From positions 1 through 64,000 of the forward strand of contig JAQBVF010000021.1 in assembly GCA_027623675.1 (NCBI GenBank): 64,000 bases of DNA, read 5' to 3'. The position numbers and the translations under genes were made by a program. The notes beneath the pieces were generated by a model. That model did no database searches. It worked only from the letters and a program-made list of their open reading frames with translations, and was not told the origin of the DNA. Origin of the DNA: Chloroflexota bacterium (GTDB taxonomy: Bacteria; Chloroflexota; Dehalococcoidia; Lucifugimonadales; UBA3495). This document shows positions 38,207-47,807 of the stretch, in pieces. Positions within the stretch are counted from its first letter, which is position 1; every line of letters starts with the position of its first letter.

Positions 38207-39373
38207 TTAGGCCAGCACCCGGTAGCGGTAACTGGACTCCAACAGATCGCCTTCTTGGAACCGGCTGAAACGCAGCGGCGAGATATCCAAGGTGTTGGAG
38301 ACCCCCTCGACGATCAGCTCCGCCAAGGTGACCCCGATCATGGGGGAGAGCTTGAAGCCGTGGCCGCTGAAGCCCACCGCGCAATACAGGCCCTCGATGC
38401 CGGGCACCGCATCCAGAATGGGGTGCCAGTCTGGCGTCGTGGTGAATAGGCCCGACCAGCCGCCCCGATAATAAGCCTCAGACATTGCCGGTATGCGCCG
38501 CGCCAACCGTCCCAAAGCGTCGGCCATCACGTCCATATCCACGCCCTGGTTGTAGGTCTCCACCTCCACTTCCTCCTCGGGGCCAAAACCCATCATGGTC
38601 AGGGAGTTGCCGTCGGGCCGGAAGGAGAAAGACTGGGCAATGTCTCCCACCGTGGGATGCAGCGGCAGCTTGTCCACCGGACGTGTCAGGGAAGCGACTT
38701 GGTGCCGCACGGGCACCAAAGGCACGTCCACGCCCATTTCACCCAACACGCGCTTCGACCATGGACCCGCCGCCACCACGGCCACGGGGGTCTCCACCCT
38801 ACCCTCCGGGGTCACGACAGCCCTGACCCGGCCGCCGGAGACTTCGATGTGGGTGGCCTCGTTCCTCAGGGTGATCTCCGCACCCATCTCCCTGGCCCTG
38901 GCCGCGTAAGACGTGGTTACCATATAGGGGTCGGCGTATCCCGACTGGGGCTCCCAGGCCATGTATTCGTCGTCGCTCACCGCAACCATGGGCGCGATGT
39001 CCCGCAGGTCGAGGGCGGTGACCCGCATGGTGTCGATGCCCAGGTCGTACTGCATCGCCACGTTATGGGCCAGCCCGGCGCTGTCATCTTCCTTCACCAC
39101 CACCAGGTAGCCAGTCTCAACGAACCCCGACTCTCCGCCCACCACCTCATTGAAGTTGGTGAAGATGCCCAGACTCTCCCAGGCCATCTTGGCGGTTATG
39201 GGGTTGGAATAGTGCATCCGGCAGATGGCCTGCGAGCGCCCGGTAGAGCCTGAGCCGAGCACGTCTTTCTCCAACAGCAGGGTGTCGGTCACGCCCAAGC
39301 GGCCCAGGTTGAACAGGATGCTGGTCCCGATCACGCCGCCGCCAATCATTACTACATCAGCCGTCGCTTTCAT
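38207..39373 (-). CDS. FAD-dependent oxidoreductase (DAO/sarcosine oxidase beta family)
   Basis: IGGGVIG, GSTGRS, AAGPW, TPDWHPI, GFSGHGFKLSP. Confidence 0.92.
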   Translation of the reverse strand: MKATADVVMIGGGVIGTSILFNLGRLGVTDTLLLEKDVLGSGSTGRSQAICRMHYSNPITAKMAWESLGIFTNFNEVVGGESGFVETGYLVVVKEDDSAGLAHNVAMQYDLGIDTMRVTALDLRDIAPMVAVSDDEYMAWEPQSGYADPYMVTTSYAARAREMGAEITLRNEATHIEVSGGRVRAVVTPEGRVETPVAVVAAGPWSKRVLGEMGVDVPLVPVRHQVASLTRPVDKLPLHPTVGDIAQSFSFRPDGNSLTMMGFGPEEEVEVETYNQGVDMDVMADALGRLARRIPAMSEAYYRGGWSGLFTTTPDWHPILDAVPGIEGLYCAVGFSGHGFKLSPMIGVTLAELIVEGVSNTLDISPLRFSRFQEGDLLESSYRYRVLA

Positions 39374-39490
39374 TTCTCGTCCGCCTTTCTTATTCCCCTC
39401 TTTTGGTGTAGCAGTCCCGGCTTAACCGACTATACAGGCATGGCTGTGGCATGGAAACACCGCGGTATCTCGGCTTTCCCGACATGATTG

Positions 39491-39519
39491 TTGACAGTCT
39501 TTTATAGCTGGAGTAGACT
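39491..39519 (+). promoter_or_regulatory. Sigma70-like promoter of leader/sulfite reductase operon
   Basis: TTGACA (39491-39496)-17 nt-TAGACT (39514-39519). Confidence 0.75.
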
Positions 39520-39527
39520 CGATGACA

Positions 39528-39596
39528 ATGGTGAAGGTAAACCGAATCCCCGCCGCGTCTTGTTGTACCTGTACACGTTACATAGGGATCAGATAA
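39528..39596 (+). CDS. Putative leaderless Cys-rich leader peptide MVKVNRIPAASCCTCTRYIGIR
   Basis: ATG 8 nt after the -10 box; 22 codons, three TGT Cys in CCTC; TAA at 39594-39596; precedes a terminator. Confidence 0.65.
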   Translation: MVKVNRIPAASCCTCTRYIGIR

Positions 39597-39645
39597 CCTT
39601 CTGCGAAAAATAGACCTCATCTAAAACGACAGTTAGGAACCCCTG

Positions 39646-39682
39646 AGCCCGCCAATGCGAAGAGTTGGTGGGTTTTTTATTT
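39646..39682 (+). terminator. Attenuator-type terminator in 5' leader
   Basis: AGCCCGCCAA (39646-39655)/TTGGTGGGTT (39665-39674) stem then T-rich run, just before RBS GGAGG (39694-39698). Confidence 0.75.
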
Positions 39683-39703
39683 GCCCAAAATTCGGAGGAC
39701 AAG

Positions 39704-41539
39704 TTGACTAGCCAGACCGGACAAACCAAGACCGTGGAAGCCATCTACGATGAGAGCCTGGAGCTCTCCAAGAATTCTACAAGCATCATTCCCTTCCTGG
39801 ACGACGAGATTGGGCGGTTGGAGGAGGAGGCAGCGGCTTTCGTGGCCGGCGAAAGGGAGAACACGGAATTTACGCCCTTCCGTCTGAAGCAGGGCGTCTA
39901 CGGCCAGCGTCAGGCCGACGTGCAGATGATCCGGGTTAAGCTGCCCGGCGGTATCATCACCACCGAAGCCATGGATACCCTGGGCACGTTCGCCGAGCAG
40001 TACGCCCCCCTGGGCAAGGGCCACATCACCACCAGGGAAAACTTCCAGTTCCACCACGTCCCACTGGCCCAGTGCCCCGACGCCCTGAGACTGCTTGGTT
40101 CGGCTGGCCTGAGCACCCGCGAGGCCTGCGGCAACGTGGTGCGGAACGTGGTCGGCGCGCCTAGCTCCGGGATCTGCGCCTCCGAGGTCTTCGACCCCAC
40201 GCCTTACCTGGCCGCCTACGTGCGCTTCGCCGTGCGCCATCCGATAACCCAAGCATTCCCCCGCAAATTCAAGTCGGCTTTCACCGGCTGCGACGCCCAC
40301 GACCATGTCGCCGCCGCCATCCAAGACCTGACCTACGTGTCACAGATCCGCGTGGAGAACGGCGTTGAGAAGCGCGGATTCAAGGTGTTTGTCGCCGGCG
40401 GGACGTCCATCATGCCCCGGCTGGCCAAACCTCTATACGACTTCCTGCCCGAGGAAGATTTCCTCCGGCTGGCCCTGGCCCTGTTCACCGTATTCAACAA
40501 CGCCGACATGCTGCGCAAGAACCGCATGATGGCCCGCTTGAAGGTGCTGGTGGACAAGATCGGCCTGGAAGAGTTCAAGGTCCTGGTCGAAGCCGAACTG
40601 GAAAAGATCGGACCCATCGACCCCAAGCCTTACATGCACGTTGAAGAATTGATGCGGGAGACCCCTCCCGAACTGGCCTCCAATGGCCATCACGACCATG
40701 ACGGCGGCGATTACGCCAAATGGCGCGACACCAACGTCGAAGCACAGAAGCAAGAGGGCTACTACGCGGTACACGTGAAGCCCGAACGCGGCAACATCAC
40801 CGCCGATCAGTTCCACGGCCTGGCCCGGATCATGGGCAAGTACACCGGCGGCCGGGCCCGCGCCAGCCAAGAGCAGAACCTGCTCCTGCGGTTCGTGCCC
40901 GAGCATCTGCTGCACGACGTCTGGTCCGAGCTTACCGACCTCGGCCTGGCGGAACCCGATGCCAACAGCATCTCCAACGTGGTCTCCTGCCCCGGAACCG
41001 ATAGCTGCAAACTGGGCATCACCTCCTCCATGGGACTGGCGGGGGCGCTCAAGCAGGAGATTCAAAGCTGGGACGGCCTGCTGGACGACCAGGGCGTCAA
41101 CGACATCCGCATCAAGATGAGCGGTTGCCCCAACGGTTGCGGCCTGCACCACATCGCCAATATCGGCTTCCACGGCGCCGCGGTGAAGGGCGCCGACGGC
41201 CAGCAGGTGCCCGCTTACGAGATGTTCTTGGGCGGCAACTACGGCGGCAGCAATGTCCAGGATTCCCGCATCGGGACCCGGATCCCAAGGGTCAAGATTC
41301 CCGCGAAGTCGGTCCCCGGCGTGCTGAAGGACGTGGTCTCCTACTACAAGAACAACCGCTCCGACGGCGAGAGCTTCAACCAGTTCTTGGACCGGGTGGG
41401 CGTGGAAGAGGTCTCCGCGGTTGCCACCAAGGCTCAAGACGCCGTGGCCGCCGCGACCCCAGGCTCCGACCTGTATATCGACTGGGAACGCTCCAACCTG
41501 TACAAGCTGGAGAGGGGCGAGGGCGAGTGCGCGGTCTAG
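39704..41539 (+). CDS. Ferredoxin-dependent sulfite/nitrite reductase (siroheme, 4Fe-4S)
   Basis: HITTRENFQ, ACGNVVRNV, PRKFK, CPGTDSC, SGCPNGC, C-terminal GEGECAV; TTG start after GGAGG. Confidence 0.9.
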   Translation: MTSQTGQTKTVEAIYDESLELSKNSTSIIPFLDDEIGRLEEEAAAFVAGERENTEFTPFRLKQGVYGQRQADVQMIRVKLPGGIITTEAMDTLGTFAEQYAPLGKGHITTRENFQFHHVPLAQCPDALRLLGSAGLSTREACGNVVRNVVGAPSSGICASEVFDPTPYLAAYVRFAVRHPITQAFPRKFKSAFTGCDAHDHVAAAIQDLTYVSQIRVENGVEKRGFKVFVAGGTSIMPRLAKPLYDFLPEEDFLRLALALFTVFNNADMLRKNRMMARLKVLVDKIGLEEFKVLVEAELEKIGPIDPKPYMHVEELMRETPPELASNGHHDHDGGDYAKWRDTNVEAQKQEGYYAVHVKPERGNITADQFHGLARIMGKYTGGRARASQEQNLLLRFVPEHLLHDVWSELTDLGLAEPDANSISNVVSCPGTDSCKLGITSSMGLAGALKQEIQSWDGLLDDQGVNDIRIKMSGCPNGCGLHHIANIGFHGAAVKGADGQQVPAYEMFLGGNYGGSNVQDSRIGTRIPRVKIPAKSVPGVLKDVVSYYKNNRSDGESFNQFLDRVGVEEVSAVATKAQDAVAAATPGSDLYIDWERSNLYKLERGEGECAV

Positions 41540-41563
41540 AGACAGCCTCAGAGACCAACTGAG

Positions 41564-42388
41564 TTGGCTCCTTCGCTGAAAGGTAAAACGATCGCTTATG
41601 TCGAGGCCCGCATGCTCTCTCAGATGGGGGCCTTGATTGAGCGTAACGGTGGCACCCCCTACCCGGCCCCGGTGCTGCAGGAAGTACCACTGGGCGACAC
41701 CCCCGAGGTGATTCGCCTGGTTGGCGACCTTTGCTCCGGCAAGGTGCAGGTTATGGTCTTCCAGACCGGCGTTGGCACCCAAGCGCTCTTCGACAGCGCC
41801 GCCTCCCAGAGCCAGGAGGCCGAACTGTTGGGCGCCCTGGCCAGCGCCACCGTGATTGCGCGCAGCCCCAAGCCGGCGGCGGTCTTGAGGCGGCACAAGG
41901 TCCACATCGACCAGATGCCCCCGGAGCCGTTCACCTCGGCGGACTTGATTTCCGCCATCCAAGAGTTGGACCTGGCCGGGAAAGAAGTGGCGATACAGGC
42001 CTATGGCGGTCCCAATAGTCTGCTGACCCAAACCCTCCAGCAGCGGGGCGCCACCGTGCGCGAGGTCTCGCTCTACACCTGGGGCATACCCGAAGACATC
42101 ACCCCGGTGCTGCGCCTGATCGATGCTCTGGAGAATGGCCGGATCGACGCCTTGGCCTTCACCAGCCAGCCACAGGTGGCCAACCTCCTGGCCATCGCAG
42201 CACAGGCCGGCAAGGAAGAATCGCTGAGGGAGATACTGAGCAATGGTCCCGTGGTAGTGGCGTCGGTGGGTCCCGTCTGCACCAAGCGCATGCTGGCCGC
42301 CGGATTCAGGGTGGACCTAGAGCCGGACCACCCCCACATGGGCAACCTGGTCTTGGCCTTGGCGGAACGGTTCGATCCCGGCGGGTAG
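41564..42388 (+). CDS. hemD: Uroporphyrinogen-III synthase (HemD-like)
   Basis: FQTGVG, ARSPKP, AFTSQPQV, SVGPVC, PHMGNLV; follows siroheme enzyme. Confidence 0.8.
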   Translation: MAPSLKGKTIAYVEARMLSQMGALIERNGGTPYPAPVLQEVPLGDTPEVIRLVGDLCSGKVQVMVFQTGVGTQALFDSAASQSQEAELLGALASATVIARSPKPAAVLRRHKVHIDQMPPEPFTSADLISAIQELDLAGKEVAIQAYGGPNSLLTQTLQQRGATVREVSLYTWGIPEDITPVLRLIDALENGRIDALAFTSQPQVANLLAIAAQAGKEESLREILSNGPVVVASVGPVCTKRMLAAGFRVDLEPDHPHMGNLVLALAERFDPGG

Positions 42389-42413
42389 GTCAGAAACCGG
42401 CACAGGCAGACAC

Positions 42414-42454
42414 AAAAGAAAAACGGGCGGATAACAACCGCCCGTTTTTCTTTT
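42414..42454. terminator. Bidirectional intrinsic terminator
   Basis: Perfect 17-bp inverted repeat AAAAGAAAAACGGGCGG/CCGCCCGTTTTTCTTTT between convergent genes. Confidence 0.92.
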
Positions 42455-42473
42455 CTCTAACCTGAAAGCCCAA

Positions 42474-42881
42474 TCAACTCTTTAGCCAACGTTTCAGCCG
42501 GTCCCACGGCGACTCTGGCGGGTCGTCGATCGACTCTCCTCGCCATCTCTTTTCCATGGCTATGTTCCGGGGAGTGATGAAGAAGAGTAGGTAACCTATC
42601 ACCAACAGCGCCAGGCCAAGCCAAATCAGAACCCAGATCTGCAGCAGGGCCGTGATGATGAAGACCATCAGCCCCGTCATCAGGATCTTTCCGGGGGTTA
42701 TGGTGGGCCAGCGCCTGCCGGAGTTAGCAGAGACCGGGGCTCTTTCCGGCCTGGCCGCCCGCCGCACCGCTCTTGGGCGGTCTTCCAGGGGTTTTTCCGA
42801 CTCCCCTGCCGCTTCTCCGAGGGCGTCTTCCCCGGCGTTCTTGAGGATTTCTTCGATCTCTTGTTCGTACTTGTCAGGCAT
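42474..42881 (-). CDS. Hypothetical membrane protein
   Basis: MPDKYEQEIEEIL start, two TM helices, EKRWRG tail. Confidence 0.65.
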   Translation of the reverse strand: MPDKYEQEIEEILKNAGEDALGEAAGESEKPLEDRPRAVRRAARPERAPVSANSGRRWPTITPGKILMTGLMVFIITALLQIWVLIWLGLALLVIGYLLFFITPRNIAMEKRWRGESIDDPPESPWDRLKRWLKS

Positions 42882-42998
42882 AAATGGTGGGTATCGCGTA
42901 ATCCGGCCTAAATTTTTACTTAGGAATATCGCCACGCAGAACATTGCCTCGGGAGCCGCCCGGTCTGGCAATCTGCGGTTACCACACCACCCACATGC
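42878..42998 (-). ncRNA. Putative structured leader RNA / sRNA
   Basis: Several nested complementary stems (see finding); minus-strand TATAAT at 43018-43023. Confidence 0.4.
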
Positions 42999-43110
42999 AC
43001 GCACGATTAACACCATGATTATACCGCACAATCGGGCAAGCGGGAACCCGAAAGGCCAATCTTACCCAGGCACGGACCAAAGGTTTCGGAGCGCCTAGGA
43101 GAGGGGAGGA

Positions 43111-43794
43111 TCAGCCGCCTTTTGCCCGTACTTCCGTGCCCCCCATGTAGCGCCCAAAGCGGCCGGTGACCATGAATATCACCCGCTCGCAGATGTTTGT
43201 CGCCCGGTCGGCGATGCGCTCCAGATCGTGGGCAACCCAGAGGAAATGGGTTGCCGCCTCAATGGTCTGGGGGTGACGCGCCATGTCCAGAAATATCTGG
43301 TGGCAGACACCGTCATAGAGGGCATCCACAGCGTCGTCCGAGTCCCAAACATCGTTGGCCAAGAAGGTGTCTTGTTCCACCAGAGACGTCAAACTTCGTT
43401 TTAGCATGGTGATGCCCATCTGGGACATCTGATGCAGCTGTGGGGGTATCTCCACGGGGACATCGTCGCCGATGATCATGCAGATCTTGCCGATCCCTTC
43501 GGCGTAGTCGCCCATCCGCTCCAACTCCACGGCGACGTGCAGTACGGTCAGCAGGGTGCGCAGATCGATGGCCAGCGGCTGTTGCGTGGCGATGAGATTG
43601 ATGCACTTCTCTTCCAGCTCAAAGCGCTTCTCGTCAATGAGGTCGTCTTCATTCACAACCTCGTAGGCCACCGCCAGGTCCCGGCGCTCAAAGGCGTCCA
43701 TCGCCTTGGTTATGGCTTTTTCCACCATCTCGCCCAGGCCAACCAATTCGGCCTGAAGTTCCTCTAGACTCCGATCAAAATCAGCCCTGACCAT
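43111..43794 (-). CDS. phoU: PhoU (copy 2, pst operon)
   Basis: QQPLAIDLR, ELERMGDYA, LERIADRATNICE. Confidence 0.93.
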   Translation of the reverse strand: MVRADFDRSLEELQAELVGLGEMVEKAITKAMDAFERRDLAVAYEVVNEDDLIDEKRFELEEKCINLIATQQPLAIDLRTLLTVLHVAVELERMGDYAEGIGKICMIIGDDVPVEIPPQLHQMSQMGITMLKRSLTSLVEQDTFLANDVWDSDDAVDALYDGVCHQIFLDMARHPQTIEAATHFLWVAHDLERIADRATNICERVIFMVTGRFGRYMGGTEVRAKGG

Positions 43795-43808
43795 AGCCCC
43801 TCCCCGAC

Positions 43809-44585
43809 TTATCCGAACCTGCCGGTTATGTACGCCTCAGTCCGTTCGTCCTCCGGGTTGGTGAATATCTGCGTACTCTCCCCAAACTCTACCATGAATC
43901 CGACTCTGGCCTCTTCAACCATCAGAAAGGCGGTGTAGTTGGAGACGCGGGCCGCCTGCTGCATGTTGTGGGTCACGATGATGATCGAATATTCCTCGGA
44001 CAACTCCCGCATCAATTCTTCGATGGCCAGGGTGGCGATGGGGTCCAGGGCCGAACATGGCTCGTCCATCAAGATAACCCTGGGCTCGACCGCAAGGGCG
44101 CGGGCGATGCATAGCCGCTGCTGCTGGCCGCCGGAGAGGGACAGTCCGCTGGCTTTCAAGCGGTCCTTGACCTCGTCCCACAGGGCCGCCCGGCGCAGCG
44201 ATCTCTCCACAAGTTCGTCCATGTCGCCCTTGAAGCCATTGATGCGAGGGCCGAACGCCACGTTGTCGTAGATCGATTTGGGGAAGGGGTTTGGCCGCTG
44301 GAAAACCATGCCGATGAGGTAGCGTATCTCTGTTGGGTCGACACCAGGACCGTAGAGGTCGCGGCCGTCGAACAACACCTGGCCCTGAACGCTGGCCGAA
44401 GGTATCAGGTCGTTCATCCGGTTGAAGCACCGCAGCAGGGTGCTCTTGCCGCAGCCCGACGGACCGATGATGGCCGTGATGCGGTTTCGCGCCACGTCCA
44501 GATTAACATCGGTAATAACCTTTTTATCGCCATAAAAGACGCTCAGACCCCGGCTTTGAAGGATCGTGTCTAACTGCTGGACCAT
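43809..44585 (-). CDS. pstB: Phosphate ABC transporter ATPase
   Basis: [39 protein letters not shown]. Confidence 0.96.
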   Translation of the reverse strand: MVQQLDTILQSRGLSVFYGDKKVITDVNLDVARNRITAIIGPSGCGKSTLLRCFNRMNDLIPSASVQGQVLFDGRDLYGPGVDPTEIRYLIGMVFQRPNPFPKSIYDNVAFGPRINGFKGDMDELVERSLRRAALWDEVKDRLKASGLSLSGGQQQRLCIARALAVEPRVILMDEPCSALDPIATLAIEELMRELSEEYSIIIVTHNMQQAARVSNYTAFLMVEEARVGFMVEFGESTQIFTNPEDERTEAYITGRFG

Positions 44586-44630
44586 CTATCTCTCAGACTT
44601 TCCTTCGATGAATCGCTGCTCTCGCACTAC

Positions 44631-45515
44631 TTATCCTTCCCACTTGTTCTGGAATCGGTTGCGGATTATCACTGCGCCGGCGTTCATAACCAACAAGATC
44701 GCCAACAAAACGATTATACCGGCGGCCGCGGTCTCCTGGAATCCCGCCTGGGGCCGGGAGGTCCAGTTGAATATCTGGATCGGCAGCACCGTGAACCGGC
44801 TGAACGGGCTGTCGGGCGTGAACGGGACGAAGGTCAGCGCGCCCATGGCGATGAGCGGCGCAGTCTCACCGATGGCCCGGCTGACGGCCAGAATCACGCC
44901 GGTCATGATACCTGGGATGGCCTGTGGAACCACCGTATGCCAGACGACCTGCCAACGTGTGGCGCCCAGCGCGTAGGACCCCTCCCGCAAGGACGGCGGC
45001 ACGGCGCGAATGGCTTCCCCTGCCGCCACGATCACGATGGGCAGCACCAGCAGCGCCAGTGTGAACCCGCCGGCCAGCACGCTCTTGCCCAAGGCCATGC
45101 TCCGCACGAAGATCTCCAGGCCCAAGATGCCGTAGACGATCGAGGGCACACCGGCCAGATTGGCGATGTTGATCTTCGCTATGCGGGCAAACTTACTGCG
45201 GGCGGCGTACTCCTCCAGATATAAGGCCGTCGCCACGCCCAGGGTGAACGCCACCACCCCGGCTACGATGACCACGTAGATGCTTCCCAGCATGGCGGCC
45301 TTGATCCCAGCTTCTTCGGGGTGCCGCGAGGCGAAACTGGTCAGGAAACTCCAGTCGATGCGGGTGACTCCCTGGACCAGCAGGTAAACCAAGAGCACCG
45401 CCAGCATGGCCAATGCGATGATCACCGCCGCCAAACACAGGGCATGGAACGCCCGTCCCATCCACTTGCGGCGATTCCTTACCCGGTCGAAATCCCTCTG
45501 GGAGATCACCGCCAT
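44631..45515 (-). CDS. pstA: Phosphate ABC transporter permease
   Basis: NLAGVPSIVYG, SRAIGETAPL. Confidence 0.95.
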   Translation of the reverse strand: MAVISQRDFDRVRNRRKWMGRAFHALCLAAVIIALAMLAVLLVYLLVQGVTRIDWSFLTSFASRHPEEAGIKAAMLGSIYVVIVAGVVAFTLGVATALYLEEYAARSKFARIAKINIANLAGVPSIVYGILGLEIFVRSMALGKSVLAGGFTLALLVLPIVIVAAGEAIRAVPPSLREGSYALGATRWQVVWHTVVPQAIPGIMTGVILAVSRAIGETAPLIAMGALTFVPFTPDSPFSRFTVLPIQIFNWTSRPQAGFQETAAAGIIVLLAILLVMNAGAVIIRNRFQNKWEG

Positions 45516-46465
45516 TACTCGTATTCCTCCCGGAACCGGCTGACCACGTATTGGCTGAGCAGGTTCATCATCAAGGTGATGGTGAACAGCAGCAGCGCCA
45601 CGGCGAAGATGGTCTTGAATTCTATGGACCCAGCCGGCACGTCACCCTGACTGACCTGGACGATATAGGCCGTCATGGTCTCGATGGGAACGAAGGGGTT
45701 GAGAGTGAAGCTGGGATTCTGTCCGGCGGCGATGGTCACGATCATCGTCTCGCCGATGGCCCGGGAGATGGCCAGGATGAAGGCCGAGACGATGCCCGAG
45801 AGCGCGGCCGGCACCACCACCAACGTGGAGACCTCCAGCTTGGTCGACCCCAGGGCGTAGGCGCCCTCGCGCAGGCTCCTTGGCACCGAGCGCATGGCGT
45901 CCTCGCTGAGACTGGAGACCATTGGCAGGATCATAAATCCCATGACTATCGCCGCGCTAAGGGCGTTGAATACCGATATGTCGTCGGATATCCCCCGGAG
46001 GATGGGAGTCACAAACAGCAGGGCGAAGTAGCCATAGACCACGGTGGGAATCCCGGCCAGCACCTCCAAGATGGGCTTGATGCTGCGGCGCACCGGGTCG
46101 GGGGCGTACTCACTAAGGTAGATGGCGCTCAGCAGGCCCAGGGGCAGCGCCAACAGCATGGCCATCGCCGACGTTAGGGTCGTCCCCGCCACCAGGGCGA
46201 GAACGCCGAATTGCTTGGAGGAGAATAGTGGCGTCCAGCGGGTGCCGGTGATGAATTCGAGGAACGATACTTCGGTGAAGAAGGAGATTGCTTCAAACAG
46301 CAGAACGGCTACGATGCCGACCGTGACCAGGATAGACAGGAAAGCGCTCAGGAACAGGGTAATGGCTATCAAGCGCTCCGGAAGCACTCTCTTCCAACCG
46401 CTGCGCGAACCGTGGCCGGCGCGCGGTCCCTGGCCCAGGGGCGGCCCCAATATCGTCCTAGCCAA
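45515..46465 (-). CDS. pstC: Phosphate ABC transporter permease
   Basis: [22 protein letters not shown]. Confidence 0.95.
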   Translation of the reverse strand: MARTILGPPLGQGPRAGHGSRSGWKRVLPERLIAITLFLSAFLSILVTVGIVAVLLFEAISFFTEVSFLEFITGTRWTPLFSSKQFGVLALVAGTTLTSAMAMLLALPLGLLSAIYLSEYAPDPVRRSIKPILEVLAGIPTVVYGYFALLFVTPILRGISDDISVFNALSAAIVMGFMILPMVSSLSEDAMRSVPRSLREGAYALGSTKLEVSTLVVVPAALSGIVSAFILAISRAIGETMIVTIAAGQNPSFTLNPFVPIETMTAYIVQVSQGDVPAGSIEFKTIFAVALLLFTITLMMNLLSQYVVSRFREEYE

Positions 46466-46627
46466 TCCTAAACGCGCTCTTGCCGGCGGGCTGCATCGGT
46501 CGAAGATGAAGGCTCTGGCAACTTCACAAGCATAGGTTTTGGCATCCTATGGTCCCATCCTACGGCTCAAAGTATACCCCATTATCATAGCCTCCAAGCG
46601 GCGCCAGAGTCTCCGATGGCGCACCGG

Positions 46628-47644
46628 TCATTTATTCGCTTCCAGTATCTCTTGAACGGTTCCCTTCTGGGGGTTCGCGCCGCCGAATAGGGACCCGGTC
46701 AGGCCTCGCTCGAATCGGTCCAGCACCAATCGGTGAATCTCTTTTGGAAATGGCACGAAACCCAGATTCTTGAGCAGTTCGGACCGCTCGTCGCTCAGGT
46801 AATAGCTGACAAAGTCCTTTACAACCTGGTCCTCCCACGCCGTTTTGGAGACGTAGATGAACAGTGGGCGGGACAGCGGGGTGTACGAAGCGTTGTTGAT
46901 GGTTTCGTCGGTGGGAAATACGCAGCCGTCGCCGTTGTCGATGCCTACCATCTTCAATTTATCTTGGTTCTCAACGAAGAACGAATAGCCAAAATACCCC
47001 AGGCTGCTCCGGTCTCCCGCGATCCCCTGCACCAGAACGTTGTCCCTTTCACTGGAGGTGAAATCTCCTCGGGAAGCCTGGGACCTCCCGTTCACGGTCT
47101 CGGTGAAGTAATCGAACGTGCCCGAATCCGCTCCGGGCCCATAAAGCCTCAGGCTTTCGTCTGGCCAACCGGGGCGCACCTGGCTCCAGCGGTCAATCTT
47201 GCCCTCCGCCTCCGGCCTCCACATGGTATGAAGTTCCTCGACGGTCACGCAATCAACGAATCCGTTATCCGGGTTGACCGCCACAGTGATGCCGTCGATG
47301 GCCACTGGAAGCTCGATGAATTCCACCCCAGCATCCGCGCACTTCGCCTCTTCGCTGGGCTTGATGGGCCTTGAGGCGTTGTTGATGTCGGTCTCGCCGT
47401 TGCAGAATTTCTTGAAACCACCGCCCGTGCCAGAGATGCCGATCACCAGCCGGGCCGACCCTCCGATGGAATCTCCCCAGTCTTCCACCATGGCCTCGGT
47501 GATGGGAAATACGGTGCTGGAGCCGTCGATATCCGTGGTCCCGGACCCGCAGGCCACCGCCAGCACGGCGATGGCACAAAAAAAAGCCACTCCCCAGGCT
47601 TTCCGGCCGGAAGGGCGGCTCAAGATACGGTTCCAACTGGTCAT
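46628..47644 (-). CDS. pstS: Phosphate-binding lipoprotein
   Basis: Lipobox LAVAC, DGSSTVFP, SGTGGG, NASR, DSGTFDYF, PLSRPLF; start approximate. Confidence 0.93.
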   Translation of the reverse strand: MTSWNRILSRPSGRKAWGVAFFCAIAVLAVACGSGTTDIDGSSTVFPITEAMVEDWGDSIGGSARLVIGISGTGGGFKKFCNGETDINNASRPIKPSEEAKCADAGVEFIELPVAIDGITVAVNPDNGFVDCVTVEELHTMWRPEAEGKIDRWSQVRPGWPDESLRLYGPGADSGTFDYFTETVNGRSQASRGDFTSSERDNVLVQGIAGDRSSLGYFGYSFFVENQDKLKMVGIDNGDGCVFPTDETINNASYTPLSRPLFIYVSKTAWEDQVVKDFVSYYLSDERSELLKNLGFVPFPKEIHRLVLDRFERGLTGSLFGGANPQKGTVQEILEANK

Positions 47645-47807
47645 ACCAGCGACGATTATATGACGCCCAAATGGGCGGCGCAATAGGCTTCCAGGACCAA
47701 TCTTCAGGCGTTGCTTGTATACTTGTAGCTACCACGCTGCCAGCGCCTAGTTTTGGCCCGTCAATCTTGGACCAAAGGGCGCGGCATGTAAACTTGAGGT
47801 TATCGAA

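Noticed and set aside
39520..39690. SAM riboswitch or T-box upstream of the reductase
   Set aside because: No SAM-I core or T-box consensus seen; a leader-peptide model fits better.
47645..47807. Pho box upstream of pstS
   Set aside because: No convincing 11-bp-period direct repeat found by eye.
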